NCBI GenBank assembly: GCA_964014485.1
Contig: CAXHAT010000069.1
Coordinates: 1 to 36,419 of the forward strand
Direction of reading: 5' to 3'
Length of the DNA stretch: 36,419 bases
Source of the DNA: an uncultured Deferribacteres bacterium
GTDB lineage: Bacteria > Zhuqueibacterota > Zhuqueibacteria > Zhuqueibacterales > Geothermadaptataceae
Part shown: in pieces, positions 17,372 through 27,827 of the stretch
How positions within the stretch are numbered: position 1 is the stretch's first letter
Layout of the letters: the number at the start of each line of letters is the position of its first letter
Translations under genes and position numbers: made by a program
Notes under the pieces: generated by a model
What the model saw: only the letters and a program-made list of their open reading frames with translations
Databases searched by the model: none
Told to the model about the DNA's origin: nothing

Positions 17372-18847
17372 ATGCGCGCGCTTTTGAAAAACGCCGGAAG
17401 CTTCGGAGAAAACACAGCCGTCGTTGTGGAAGATCAGCGCTTTCCCTTCCGCACATTGTTGGAAAAATCAGAAACTGTCGCTTCAGCTCTGCTCGGTTCA
17501 AAATTGGATCTCGCCGAAGCGCGCGTCGCATTCATGGTGCGCCCAGGTTTCGAGTATGTTGCCGCGCAGTGGGGAATTTGGCGCGCCGGAGGCGTTGCCG
17601 TTCCGTTGTGCGTCGATCATCCCCCGCCCGCCTTGCAGCACATCATCTTAGACGCGCGGGTCAGCATGGTCGTTTGTGATGATGAGTTTTTTGATATTCT
17701 AAAGCCGCTTGCTCTTGAAGCCAACGCCCGGATAATATCAGTCAAGGAATGCCTGGATTCATCACTCAAAACGCTGCCGAACGTCTCGCCCGACCGCCGC
17801 GCCATGATGCTCTACACCAGCGGCAGCACTAGCCTGCCCAAAGGCGTGGTAACGACTCACGCGAATATCGAAGCCCAAATCAAAACGCTCGTCGAGGCCT
17901 GGGAATGGCGAGCGGACGATCACATTCTTTGCACTTTGCCGCTGCATCACATCCACGGTGTGATCAACGTTGTCTCTTGCGCACTCTGGTCTGGAGCGTG
18001 CGTCGAATTCTTGCCGAAATTCGAACCGCAAGCCGTTTTCGAAAAATTCTTGTTCGGAAAGGTCAATTTATTCATGGCGGTGCCGACCATTTATTTCAAA
18101 CTCATCCACCATTACGAATCGCTTCCCGCCGCTGAACAACGTGAGATTTCTCAAGCGCTGCGTCGTTTTCGCCTCATGGTCTCAGGCTCCGCCGCGCTGC
18201 CGGTTTCCGTGCTTGAGAAATGGCGCGAAATCAGCGGACATACTTTGCTCGAGCGCTACGGCATGACGGAAATCGGCATGGCGTTAAGTAACCCGTATCA
18301 CGGGGAAAGACGCGCGGGTTTTGTCGGCCAGCCGTTGCCAAGCGTAGAAGTGCGGCTTGTTGATGAGTCCGGACAAGATGTTCCGGAAGGTGCGCAGGGC
18401 GAGATTTGGGTGAAAGGGCCGAGCGTTTTTTGCGAATATTGGGGCCAACCGGACGCCACGCGCGAATCTTTTGTCGAAGGCTGGTTTCGCACCGGCGACG
18501 TGGCGATTCGTGAAAACGGAAGTTATCGAATTTTGGGCAGGCTGTCGGTGGACATTATCAAATCCGGCGGCTACAAAATTTCTGCCCTTGAAATCGAAGA
18601 AGTCTTACTCCGGCATCCGGGAATTCAGGAGTGCGCCGTCATCGGCGTGCCGGATGATGAGTGGGGTGAAGTCGTTGCGGCCGGGATCGTTCCTGCAGCA
18701 GGCGATTTGCGTGCTGAAGAGATTGCAATCTGGGCAAAACAGCGATTGCCGAAGTATAAAATTCCGAGAAAAATCATATTCCGACAAAGCCTCCCGCGCA
18801 ACGCGATGGGCAAGGTAACGAAGAACGTTTTAAAAGAGATGTTCTAA
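17372..18847 (+). CDS. Acyl-CoA synthetase, malonyl-CoA synthetase (MatB/ACSF3)-like
   Basis: YTSGSTSLPKG, LPLHHIHG, ERYGMTE, FRTGD, PRNAMGK. Confidence 0.9.
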   Translation: MRALLKNAGSFGENTAVVVEDQRFPFRTLLEKSETVASALLGSKLDLAEARVAFMVRPGFEYVAAQWGIWRAGGVAVPLCVDHPPPALQHIILDARVSMVVCDDEFFDILKPLALEANARIISVKECLDSSLKTLPNVSPDRRAMMLYTSGSTSLPKGVVTTHANIEAQIKTLVEAWEWRADDHILCTLPLHHIHGVINVVSCALWSGACVEFLPKFEPQAVFEKFLFGKVNLFMAVPTIYFKLIHHYESLPAAEQREISQALRRFRLMVSGSAALPVSVLEKWREISGHTLLERYGMTEIGMALSNPYHGERRAGFVGQPLPSVEVRLVDESGQDVPEGAQGEIWVKGPSVFCEYWGQPDATRESFVEGWFRTGDVAIRENGSYRILGRLSVDIIKSGGYKISALEIEEVLLRHPGIQECAVIGVPDDEWGEVVAAGIVPAAGDLRAEEIAIWAKQRLPKYKIPRKIIFRQSLPRNAMGKVTKNVLKEMF

Positions 18848-18871
18848 ACTTGGAAACCTTGCCGTTCAACG

Positions 18872-20251
18872 CTATTTCAAAATGATCATTTTGCGCGTTC
18901 GTGAGAAATTCGCGGTTTGAATTGTGTAGAAATATACGCCGGAATCGACGCGCAGACCTTTGTCGTCTTCGCCCAGCCAACGCACAGAATGCCGCCCCGC
19001 GCCTTGTGCTTCGTTGACGAGGGAGCTGATCAATCGCCCTCGAATATCCGTGACAGTCAACCGGACATTTGCGGCTTCAGGCAAATCGTAGCTGATCGTC
19101 GTCGCCGGATTAAACGGATTGGGATAATTCTGGTAAAGCTTGAAAGATGCAGGCGGTTCCCCTGCGTTTTCGGCCACGGAAACCGGAGTCCCGGAAGAGA
19201 ATTTATAGACCGAACGTCCCACCGCATACCCTAACGAATCATTCAAAAAGCGAATCCGATTGATGCGAGAACCGAATCCCGCCGATTGCCAGGTGTCGCC
19301 GCCGTCGGTTGTAAAAAATGTCGGGAACGAACTGTTGCCGCCAATCCAACCGTTTTGCGGGGTTGAAAAACCGATTCCTTGCACAAAATAATAGCTTTCT
19401 GAAAATAGCTTCTCTTCCCAAGTCGCGCCGCCGTCGCTGGTTTTCAAAAAGTAAATCGGCGTTTCACCGTTTCTCTGCAACGAGATGAAGCCGTCGTTTC
19501 GTGTTGGAAATGAAATTTTCCAGCACCACTCAGCCACACGTGAGCTGATGAAACTCTGTTCCCACGTCTCGCCGCCGTTCGTGGTCGAAAGGATTATGCC
19601 GGAAGATTGTTCGTGTACGACATTGGTAAGCCCGACGACAATGCCAGTATCTGGATGCGTAAAATGAACGTCGATCAAACCGGCCGCCAGCGCACCTAAG
19701 TCAAGAGTTTTCCAAGTTCTGCCGCGATTGGTGGTGCGCATAAAAAATGCCGGGCCACGGACGCGCCCCACGGCGCAGATCGTTGAATCGTTCACCACCT
19801 GCATTCCGCAAACGCCGCCCGGTTTTGGGCCAAGAAAAGTGTCGTACGGCGACCAAGTTTCTCCGCCGTCGCTTGTTTGGTAAAGAATCGTCCGATCCGT
19901 CGTGCCGAATTCGCCAAAACCAACACTCCCCGCCCAACCGTTTTGCTCATCAAAAAAGCCGACGGAACGAAAATGTGCGTTGGTTTTGACAAATTGCCTT
20001 TCCCATGAATCGCCGCCGTCAGTGGTGCGATAAATCTCACCGTCGCCGTTCCCGATCCAACCCAAGTCCGGGTTCACAAAATGTACGTCATTGTGCCGCC
20101 CGACAACCGGCGCATTGTCGAGCTGCTCCCATTTTGGTTGCGCCAAAACAACGGAATTCACGGTGAAAAGCAGTCCCCAAAACCAGTATTTTCGAATTGT
20201 CATCATGCGTAAATTGCCGCCACTCGTAAAAAACGGTAAAGACGCGTGCAT
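18872..20251 (-). CDS. Secreted YCF48/BNR-repeat beta-propeller with C-terminal secretion/FlgD-Ig domain
   Basis: Six T-x-D/N-G-G-x-T/S-W Asp-box repeats; C-terminal LYQNYPNPFNPATTISYDLP...SGVYFY...RKMIILK. Start may be 20206. Confidence 0.88.
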   Translation of the reverse strand: MHASLPFFTSGGNLRMMTIRKYWFWGLLFTVNSVVLAQPKWEQLDNAPVVGRHNDVHFVNPDLGWIGNGDGEIYRTTDGGDSWERQFVKTNAHFRSVGFFDEQNGWAGSVGFGEFGTTDRTILYQTSDGGETWSPYDTFLGPKPGGVCGMQVVNDSTICAVGRVRGPAFFMRTTNRGRTWKTLDLGALAAGLIDVHFTHPDTGIVVGLTNVVHEQSSGIILSTTNGGETWEQSFISSRVAEWCWKISFPTRNDGFISLQRNGETPIYFLKTSDGGATWEEKLFSESYYFVQGIGFSTPQNGWIGGNSSFPTFFTTDGGDTWQSAGFGSRINRIRFLNDSLGYAVGRSVYKFSSGTPVSVAENAGEPPASFKLYQNYPNPFNPATTISYDLPEAANVRLTVTDIRGRLISSLVNEAQGAGRHSVRWLGEDDKGLRVDSGVYFYTIQTANFSRTRKMIILK

Positions 20252-20267
20252 CGTCTTCTCTAGCTTG

Positions 20268-21713
20268 TTATCGTGTAAAAACGCCCAGGAATCGCGACCC
20301 CGAATCGTCGTTCATTGTGGTCGCCTTTTTAAGTGTTGCACCCCAAAGTTGCTCAATCTTTTGAAATTGCTCTTGCAACTGTGCTTCCGAATCGCCCTGG
20401 TGGCCTTCAAAAATCAATGTTTTCCATGGCGTTTTTCCCAAATCTTCAATTAAGCCGACGTGCTCAACAGCCGCGAGATAGAACAGCACCGCCCCCTCCG
20501 TCTTCGATGAAAGCCAATCGGGAACGTCTCTTGACAATGCGTAGCCCGGACTGAGTTCCGCCGGAAATAAAGTCGTTCTTGAGGCGCCCAGGGCTGGCAA
20601 GATTTTCCGGCTATGTTGAATCACTTTTGGCAAATCCCATCCCAAGCCCCAGCGCGCGCCTTCGTGGAGCGCCAGCGCAAGCACGAGCCCGGAATTGCAA
20701 CAAACGTCCAGAACGACGCGGTTCTCCAAACTGATTTTTTGCGACGCGAGCAGGCTCAAAATCTTTGGCCAGCGGGCGTTTGTATCGCGCTTGGCCACGT
20801 GGTTGGTTGAGGGGATGGCCTGATAAAGGAATTTTTTATTGCCCGTCACCAAGCGCGTGTCGCCGAAATGCAAATCCGTGCGCGCGCCATCCAAAATATG
20901 ATCGAGAACCTTTGGAATCGTCGGAAGAAATTGTTGAAAATCAACATAATGCAATTGGCCGCTCTTTTCTTCTTTGAGCAAATTGCCGTTGCATCCGGGC
21001 GCATCCAGAAAATCATCGTCGCGGACGCCTGCTATGCTAGCGAGGGAAAAACGTCCGGCTTCAACATGCGAATTGATTTGTTCGATAAAACCAGCATGCT
21101 CTTTTTCGTCCGGAGCTTCGCCCGCAACGTGACGACAGACAAAACAGGACATACTTACGGAGCCGTTTTTCAACTCGATTAAATCATACAATTCCGGCCC
21201 TAAACCAAGTGCGAAAAGCGTGTTCGCCGCTTCGACCTGGTTCGAAAGCGCGCCGGTAATTTCCAATTCGCGCTTGGCGTGGATGAAGTTCTGATTCAAA
21301 TAATTCGCGGTCTCTGGCGGCTCGAAATTTTTTAGAATTTTGAATCCGGCGTCCGGCGGGTAATTCGAAGAGGTTCCGCCAAAAACTTTGGCAAGCCCGT
21401 CCTGTGGGGGCAAGTAAATCGTGTGACTGCTTTCAACGAACGTAATTCCGCTTTTCTGCAAGAACGCAATCAGCGACGGCGCGTCCGCATAGTCGTTTTC
21501 CGGAATTTCAAAACGCGAAACGGTCTGCACGAAATGCTCCAACCCAAGACTTTCACGATTCTTGAGACTGCGCAGCCGATGCTCTAAAAAACGGAGCAAA
21601 GCCATCGATTCGTAGTAGCCAAAACGCAGTGCTTTATGCAGAAACGGCAACGATTTGAGCGGACGAAATATTTTGTAGGCGATTGGGCCAAGAACTTCGG
21701 AAACAGGTTTCAT
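20268..21713 (-). CDS. Hypothetical protein: kinase-like N-terminus fused to class I SAM methyltransferase
   Basis: GFKIL, LGLGPELYD, GNLL...HYVDFQ (kinase-like); RVVLDVCCNSG (SAM motif I). Overlaps the wzx stop by 1 nt. Confidence 0.65.
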   Translation of the reverse strand: MKPVSEVLGPIAYKIFRPLKSLPFLHKALRFGYYESMALLRFLEHRLRSLKNRESLGLEHFVQTVSRFEIPENDYADAPSLIAFLQKSGITFVESSHTIYLPPQDGLAKVFGGTSSNYPPDAGFKILKNFEPPETANYLNQNFIHAKRELEITGALSNQVEAANTLFALGLGPELYDLIELKNGSVSMSCFVCRHVAGEAPDEKEHAGFIEQINSHVEAGRFSLASIAGVRDDDFLDAPGCNGNLLKEEKSGQLHYVDFQQFLPTIPKVLDHILDGARTDLHFGDTRLVTGNKKFLYQAIPSTNHVAKRDTNARWPKILSLLASQKISLENRVVLDVCCNSGLVLALALHEGARWGLGWDLPKVIQHSRKILPALGASRTTLFPAELSPGYALSRDVPDWLSSKTEGAVLFYLAAVEHVGLIEDLGKTPWKTLIFEGHQGDSEAQLQEQFQKIEQLWGATLKKATTMNDDSGSRFLGVFTR

Positions 21714-23200
21714 CAGGCAGCTTTATTTTTGGAAAATATTGATCGTAAAAGTCTTATTGCCGGTTGTCGGATTTCTCGAAAAATTTCAGTCGGCGCCTGG
21801 AACGCCAACAGGGCGGCCAATATAGCAACGAGAACGGTTCCGCTCAACACAAGAATTTCAGACGCTATGAATCGCGTCAAAAAATAACGCGCCCCGAGGC
21901 CCGCCCCCGCCGTCACAAAGCCCAAAACGACGCCGGCCCGAAGCTGCCGAAAGAAATCGCCGACGCCTGCGGGGAGAATTTGCAAGGAGCGGGCGGTCAT
22001 ATAAACAAACATCAAAATATTTGCGGCGACAACGCCAATCGCCACGCCCTGCAAGCCGTTTTGAGAGCCGATAAACACAGCCGTCAACAAGGCTGCGGCA
22101 AAAAGTGCGTGGCCGATCATTTGGCGTTTGATTTCTCCCGCCGCTTTCAGAAGCGCGTCGCTCAAAGTGTACAAATTCAAAAAGCCGATTGGTGTGAGAA
22201 TTTGTAGCGGAACGACGGATTCTTCCCAGCCTTTGCCCAGAAATACGGGCACGAGCTCCGGCGCAATAACCGCGAGAAGCGCCATCAGCGGCAATACGAA
22301 CGTCGCGCTCATTCTAACGGCGCCCAACCATGCGGCGCACAGTTTTTTTCGGTCGTTTTGAATTTCTGCAAAGGAAGGAAACAGCACGGCATGCAGCGCC
22401 GTCGTCAGTAAGTCCGTCGGCAGGCGCATGATGTAAAAGGCGCGCGAGTAGAGGCCCAACGCCCGCTCGCCGATCAGTCGTCCAACCAAGAAGTAGTCGC
22501 CGTTGAGCGCCAAAAAATTAAACATGCGCGCGGCGGTCAGCCCGGCGCCAAAACGAAAAATGCCGCGCATTTCGGCTCTTGCAAACGAAGGAATTAAGGA
22601 ATGACGCACCGTCAAAAGTAAAAAAAGGCTGCGTATGCCGACCTGGGCGAGTACGCCGAAAATCAGGCTGTACACCCCGAAACCGGCAAACGCCAAAATG
22701 ATTGTCAGCAGCGCGTATCCCAAAAAATAACTAGTGGATTCGATAATCGCGATGTTTTTGAATCGCCCTTGTTTCTGCAAAAGCGCGTCCGCGATGGCGC
22801 CGAAGCTGGACAGCAAAAAGAAACCGGCAAGCGTTCGAAAAACGGGAATATCGCTTGATGACGAAGCGAGCAGCGGTGCGATGGCGAAAAGCAGCAGCGT
22901 GCCCAAAACCCCGGCCATGACGGACAACGTGAACGCGACGCGAATGGTCAAAGTCGTCGCGTTCTGATTTTGGATCACCGCCGGACCAACGCCAAGCTGC
23001 ATCAAGAGTTCGGTGAAATTAACAAAAATCATGGCGTAGGTAATCACGCCAAACGCTTCGATGGGGAGAAGACGGGAGAGTACGGCGACAGCCGCAAGCT
23101 GGGTCAATAATTTGAAGCCAAGCCCGCTAAATTTCCAAAGAATATTGGTGGTGACTTTTTGTTGGTTGGGTTGAGGCGCGGGGCTTTGGGTGCTTGACAC
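21713..23200 (-). CDS. wzx: Polysaccharide flippase (Wzx / PST family)
   Basis: VLSRLLPIEAFG, LGVGPAVIQ, DYFLVGRLIG..LGLYSRA, VLFPSFAEIQ; many TM helices. Confidence 0.9.
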   Translation of the reverse strand: MSSTQSPAPQPNQQKVTTNILWKFSGLGFKLLTQLAAVAVLSRLLPIEAFGVITYAMIFVNFTELLMQLGVGPAVIQNQNATTLTIRVAFTLSVMAGVLGTLLLFAIAPLLASSSSDIPVFRTLAGFFLLSSFGAIADALLQKQGRFKNIAIIESTSYFLGYALLTIILAFAGFGVYSLIFGVLAQVGIRSLFLLLTVRHSLIPSFARAEMRGIFRFGAGLTAARMFNFLALNGDYFLVGRLIGERALGLYSRAFYIMRLPTDLLTTALHAVLFPSFAEIQNDRKKLCAAWLGAVRMSATFVLPLMALLAVIAPELVPVFLGKGWEESVVPLQILTPIGFLNLYTLSDALLKAAGEIKRQMIGHALFAAALLTAVFIGSQNGLQGVAIGVVAANILMFVYMTARSLQILPAGVGDFFRQLRAGVVLGFVTAGAGLGARYFLTRFIASEILVLSGTVLVAILAALLAFQAPTEIFREIRQPAIRLLRSIFSKNKAA

Positions 23201-23449
23201 TGGAAAAGAAAATTTCTTGATTTTTTGTTGAACCAGGCGTGCGATTCCGTCTCTGTTCTTTTCAGCAAACTAAAGTTTGAACTACAAACGACGGCGGTTC
23301 CGCTTTTAGTCTGAACATCAAGCAAACAAAACCGTTTATATTTCAAGTTTCTGCTTGCCTTGGCAGCAAGCATTTCTCATGCATCGCCTCACCAAGCCGA
23401 CATTATTTTTGAAAATGGCAACAGAAGCGAAAGATTTGAGAGAATCGGG

Positions 23450-24631
23450 TTATTTTGCGCCGGATTTCAGGCGATGAATGCTTTTTAACTCGCTCCGAAG
23501 TTTGGCGTGTTTACTCTCGTTCGTCGCACGCAAATCGATCATAATTTCTTTCCACCAGACGATGATAAACGACAAAATAATGCTCGCCAGAGCGGACGTG
23601 ACCACAATTAAGCCGCGCTTGGGGCTGGAGCGTTTTTGGGCCAAAGTCGGTTCGTCGAGAATCTGGATGGTGGGCGAATCTTTGGCTTCCTGTATTTTGG
23701 ATTGTTCGAATTGTTGCATCAGGAGTTGGTAGATCACCCGCTGCACTTCAACGTCACGCTGCAAAAACAAATATTCCTTGCCCAGCTCGGGCACGTCGTT
23801 CAGGGCAAGCAGCAGGTCGTTTTCTATTGGCGAAACGCCTTTCTGCAAGTCGTTGATTCTTTCCAACATTTCGCGCGATTTGATCTGCATTTGCTTGAGC
23901 TGTGAATGCGATTCCGTGACGTAGGACTCCAACGTTTCCCGCTCAATTTCCAGCAACACCGCTTCGGCGCGCAATTGGGCGATGGTCTCAATCTGCGTCT
24001 TCACTTGTTGCTCAATATCAAAAGCGCCGTATTTTTTCTGAAATTCAACCACGCCGTCCGCCGCGGCGCGCAAATCGGCGTCGGCCTGGGTCAATCTTTT
24101 TTCGATAAATTCGCGCGACTGGGTGGCGGAGGTTTTCCGAACTTCGCGGTTGACCCTGTCCAATTCTGTAAGGAAAGTATTGACCAATTTCTGCGCGAAT
24201 TCGGGCGAGCGCTCGGTGCAACTCACGACGATGATGTTTTCTTCGGTCTTGTCCAGGTGCGTGCGCGAATCAAGTTCCTGCAGAGCGTCTTCAAGAAAAT
24301 CGGCTTCAAAATATTTCTGTAAATCCAGCTTTTCCAAAACGGCGACGCGGACGTTGCGGCTGCGCATGATCGCGAGATAGAGATCGGACGGCCCCGTGCC
24401 CAAAGCGCCCAAGCCCGGCAGCTCGACGGGAATATTTGTCACCAGCGAAGCAAGGCTGAACAGGTCGTTTTGCTGCGATTCCGGCGGCATCAAGCGCGAA
24501 GTGCTGGTGTACCAAAACGGCAGCAGCAGGCTCACGATAATGGCAACGATTGAAAAAAGCAGGCCGTTAAACAAAAATGTTTTTTTGTGTTTGAGCAGAA
24601 TGAGCAACAGATCGACGAACTTGAACTGCAC
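23450..24631 (-). CDS. Wzz/GumC-type chain-length determinant
   Basis: N- and C-terminal TMs, coiled coil, IQILDEPTLAQKRSSPKR motif; GGAG RBS before GTG. Confidence 0.88.
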   Translation of the reverse strand: MQFKFVDLLLILLKHKKTFLFNGLLFSIVAIIVSLLLPFWYTSTSRLMPPESQQNDLFSLASLVTNIPVELPGLGALGTGPSDLYLAIMRSRNVRVAVLEKLDLQKYFEADFLEDALQELDSRTHLDKTEENIIVVSCTERSPEFAQKLVNTFLTELDRVNREVRKTSATQSREFIEKRLTQADADLRAAADGVVEFQKKYGAFDIEQQVKTQIETIAQLRAEAVLLEIERETLESYVTESHSQLKQMQIKSREMLERINDLQKGVSPIENDLLLALNDVPELGKEYLFLQRDVEVQRVIYQLLMQQFEQSKIQEAKDSPTIQILDEPTLAQKRSSPKRGLIVVTSALASIILSFIIVWWKEIMIDLRATNESKHAKLRSELKSIHRLKSGAK

Positions 24632-24652
24632 AAAAACTCCTTGTCAATTGCT

Positions 24653-25945
24653 CTAATTTGTCAGAGAATTTTGGATGAGAACGAAAGAAAGCGAAGCGGA
24701 AATAAGCGTGGAAGCCACCGCGATGTAATCACGTAAAACCAATCGTTTCGCGGTCCTGATTTCGACGGTGTCGCCCGGCCGCACCGGTGCGTCCGGCCCT
24801 TTGAAAATCTCCCCGGTCTCCGGATGGCGCACTTTGACGCCTGTCATGCCCGCGGCGCGATCGTTCGGCCCGGCGAGGCCAACGTAATCTCTCGCTTTGA
24901 AGCCCGGGTGATAAGGATAGGCACCGGGGAAACGCGCCGGGCCTTGTACGTAAACGCTGTCGCTTATTGAGGGGATGGAAACGATATCGCCGGTCTGTAG
25001 CACAAAATTATCTTTTGTTTCCGAAAGGTCCGCGCCGTTTTTTGCATGAACGTTGCGCAGGGGAATAATTTTGTACTTTTCCTTACTCGCTGCGGAATCG
25101 GGGTTTGGTCGTTTGATAACTGCGGCGAGTAAGTCGGATTTTCGCGTGGCGCCGCCGATGCGCTGGAGAAAGGCTTCGGGCGTTTCCCCAGATCGCGCCG
25201 CATAAATTCCCGGCGAACTAATGCGGCCTTCCACATAAACTTTCGTCGCTTCGGCGGAAATGCGCGGCACGAGAATTACGTCGCCGTCAAAAAGCGTGGG
25301 GTTGCTCGCCAAATCGCCTTCGAGCCGATATTTTGAGAAGCTGATTTTATTCTCATCGCCGTTTTTTCGCCGCAAAATAATTTCATCTTCCTGCGCCCAA
25401 TCCGTCATGTTTTCAGCCGCTTGCAGAGCGTCGCTCAGGCGTTCGGTTTGGCGGAAAGCGTAAATTCCCGGTTTGATGACTTCCCCTAGAACGTGAACGC
25501 GAAACAAGCGCAGATCAATAATGTGCGCGCGCACTTCCTGGTCGCGATATTTTTCCGTGCCGGCGCTTTTTATCTCCCGCTGAACCTGCGCCAACGTTTT
25601 CCCCTGCACGTCGAAAACGCCGACGGTCGGGACGATAAGCTTTCCTTCCGCGGTTACGGCGATTTGAAAGCCGGATTCATCGATGACGGAAATCACAACA
25701 AAAAAACGATCACCGGGGCCGAGGATGTAAGTCTGCGGATCGATTGCCGCTTCCAAAGCCAGCGGAGAAATCTGGCGCTGTGTTTCAATTTCCGGCAGGT
25801 TGTCGGTCACATTGGCGCCGAATCGGCCTGTCGGACGTTTTCTTAAATCTTCTTCCGTTTGTGCGTACACATTTAGAGCGGAAACGAAAAAGACTGCCGC
25901 CAAGAGACAAAGACTTTTTTTCAAAATTGGAAAAAGCATGGGCAA
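24653..25945 (-). CDS. Polysaccharide export protein with SLBB domains (Wza/KpsD-like)
   Basis: YILGPGD (Poly_export); VHVLGEVIKPGIY, VYVEGRISSPGIY and VYVQGPARFPGAY (SLBB); signal peptide. Start 25945 or 25939. Confidence 0.88.
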   Translation of the reverse strand: MPMLFPILKKSLCLLAAVFFVSALNVYAQTEEDLRKRPTGRFGANVTDNLPEIETQRQISPLALEAAIDPQTYILGPGDRFFVVISVIDESGFQIAVTAEGKLIVPTVGVFDVQGKTLAQVQREIKSAGTEKYRDQEVRAHIIDLRLFRVHVLGEVIKPGIYAFRQTERLSDALQAAENMTDWAQEDEIILRRKNGDENKISFSKYRLEGDLASNPTLFDGDVILVPRISAEATKVYVEGRISSPGIYAARSGETPEAFLQRIGGATRKSDLLAAVIKRPNPDSAASKEKYKIIPLRNVHAKNGADLSETKDNFVLQTGDIVSIPSISDSVYVQGPARFPGAYPYHPGFKARDYVGLAGPNDRAAGMTGVKVRHPETGEIFKGPDAPVRPGDTVEIRTAKRLVLRDYIAVASTLISASLSFVLIQNSLTN

Positions 25946-26008
25946 ATCAGGCTGGCGCGTTTAGCTGGGGGTCGACGATGTTGTGCGGAGCGGAATTCAT
26001 AAAAGTAG

Positions 26009-26037
26009 AACGCCCGGCGCAGTAAACGTCGGGCGTT
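26009..26037 (-). terminator. Stem-loop after the dehydrogenase gene (weak terminator or stabiliser)
   Basis: aacgcccggcg-cagtaaa-cgtcgggcgtt, followed by ctactttt on the minus strand. Confidence 0.5.
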
Positions 26038-26045
26038 GCAATGAT

Positions 26046-27398
26046 TTAATGTTCGTGAATCGTTGGCTTGTAAGCGTTAGTGCCGCACCCCAAGCGCACA
26101 ACTTTGGATTTGTGCGCTTCAGGAATATTTTTGGCGGCGTTTCTCGTGTCAACCACAAGCTTCGCGTTCTCAACGATAAAGTTGTAATCGTACTTGTCGT
26201 GGTCGGTCGTAATAACGACGCAATCCGAGTCTTGCAGCAATTGCTGAGTCAACTCTTTTGAATCATACGTTTTGTTGTTCACCTCGAGCGTCGGCACCCA
26301 CGGATCATTGTAAATCATATTGACGCCGCCGCGCGCATGGAGCAACTCCATCACTTTCAGAGCCGGAGAGTTACGAATGTCATCGACGTTCTTTTTGAAC
26401 GCGACACCCAAAATAAGAATTTTCGAGGTGGAAATCGCGCCGCCGTTGATCGAAAGAGAGCGAATGATCAAATCCAAGACGTAGTATGGCATGTTCTCAT
26501 TCGTCTGCCCGGCAAGCTTGATAAAATTGGAATGGAAATCATACTCCTTGGCTTTCCAACTCAAGTAGTAAGGATCGACAAGAATGCAGTGGCCGCCGAT
26601 ACCGGGGCCGGGATAGAACGGCATGTAGCCAAACGGCTTTGTCGCCGCCGCTTGCACGACTTCCCAGATATCGATGCCGCCCATCCGGTCGCAGAGTTGC
26701 GCCAGTTCGTTCATCAGCGCGATGTTGACGCTGCGGAAGATATTTTCGAGCAATTTGGTCATTTCCGCCGCGCGCGGGCTGGAGAGCGGCACCACTTCCG
26801 AGATCACTTTTTCGGAAATAGCAACCGCGAGGACAGTGCTTTCTTCGCCAACGCCGCCGACGACAACCGGAGTGTTCGCGGTCGTAAAAGTTCTGTTGCC
26901 GGGATCGATGCGTTCCGGCGAAAAAGCAAGGTGAAAATCTTCCCCTGCTTTTAAGCCGCCTTTTTCAAGGATAGGCTGCAAAAGTTTTTCAGTCGTTTCC
27001 GGATAGGTTGTGCTTTTCAAAATGATCAATTGCTCAGCGCGCAACCCGGTGGCGATTCCTTTGCCTGCATATTCAATAAACGAAACGTCAGGCTCTTTAT
27101 TGGCGGTAAAAGGCGTTGGCACGCAGACAAAAATAACGTCCATTTCCGAGACGTTGTCGTAGTTGACTTCCGCCCGGAATTTACCGGACGCTACGACGCT
27201 CTTCAAATCAGCGTCAACGACGTCGTCGATGTAGTTTTCGCCTGCTGCGAGTTTTTCAATTTTGCGCGGGTCGTTGTCAATGCCAACGACTTCAAATCCT
27301 GCTTTGGCGTACTCCACTGAGAGCGGCAGCCCCACATACCCCAGTCCTACTACGCCGACCCTGGCGGTCTTCTCTTGAATTTTGTCCTGTAAACCCAA
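26046..27398 (-). CDS. Nucleotide-sugar dehydrogenase (UDP-HexNAc 6-dehydrogenase, WecC/WbpA/TviB family)
   Basis: VGLGYVGLPL, CVPTP, SPERIDPG, GPGIGGHCILVDP, FKKNVDDIRNSP; AAGGAG RBS before TTG. Confidence 0.95.
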   Translation of the reverse strand: MGLQDKIQEKTARVGVVGLGYVGLPLSVEYAKAGFEVVGIDNDPRKIEKLAAGENYIDDVVDADLKSVVASGKFRAEVNYDNVSEMDVIFVCVPTPFTANKEPDVSFIEYAGKGIATGLRAEQLIILKSTTYPETTEKLLQPILEKGGLKAGEDFHLAFSPERIDPGNRTFTTANTPVVVGGVGEESTVLAVAISEKVISEVVPLSSPRAAEMTKLLENIFRSVNIALMNELAQLCDRMGGIDIWEVVQAAATKPFGYMPFYPGPGIGGHCILVDPYYLSWKAKEYDFHSNFIKLAGQTNENMPYYVLDLIIRSLSINGGAISTSKILILGVAFKKNVDDIRNSPALKVMELLHARGGVNMIYNDPWVPTLEVNNKTYDSKELTQQLLQDSDCVVITTDHDKYDYNFIVENAKLVVDTRNAAKNIPEAHKSKVVRLGCGTNAYKPTIHEH

Positions 27399-27500
27399 CG
27401 CCTGTCTCCTTAGAATTGATGTAAGTCCTTCTCGATGCTTTGCGGGCGTCGTTCTTTGCGATTGATCGCCCCTCCGATAACTACGAAAAATGAAGCTGGC

Positions 27501-27529
27501 AGTATAAAGTTTTGCAAAGTAAAATTCAA
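27501..27529 (-). promoter_or_regulatory. Sigma70-type promoter of the polysaccharide operon
   Basis: TTGAAT-N17-TATACT on the minus strand, about 100 bp upstream of the start codon. Confidence 0.7.
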
Positions 27530-27631
27530 GAAGATAAGTTCGATTTACAGCAAATATACATTTCCAATTTGGCGGCCATAAAAAAAATTCTATTTTTGTT
27601 TACAGCCTGATACTTTTACTTTTGGCTTTCA

Positions 27632-27827
27632 CTACCTGACACTTTTTGTATAGGCTTCTAAAACTGGCGAAAAAGGCCGGAATTGTCATGCTGAAAGCAT
27701 CTTTTTTGATCCAACCCTTGGACTTTTGAGCATGCTCTGTACTGGGCGATAACAAAGATTCCTTCTGAATGACAAAACGGGCCTTTCGACGGCTCGAAAA
27801 TGCAGTTTACAAAAAAGTGTCAGGTAG
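27632..27827. mobile_element. MITE-like element family E
   Basis: ctacctgacactttttgta / tacaaaaaagtgtcaggtag inverted ends enclosing ttgtcatgctgaaagcatcttt...aaagattccttctgaatgacaa. Confidence 0.72.
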
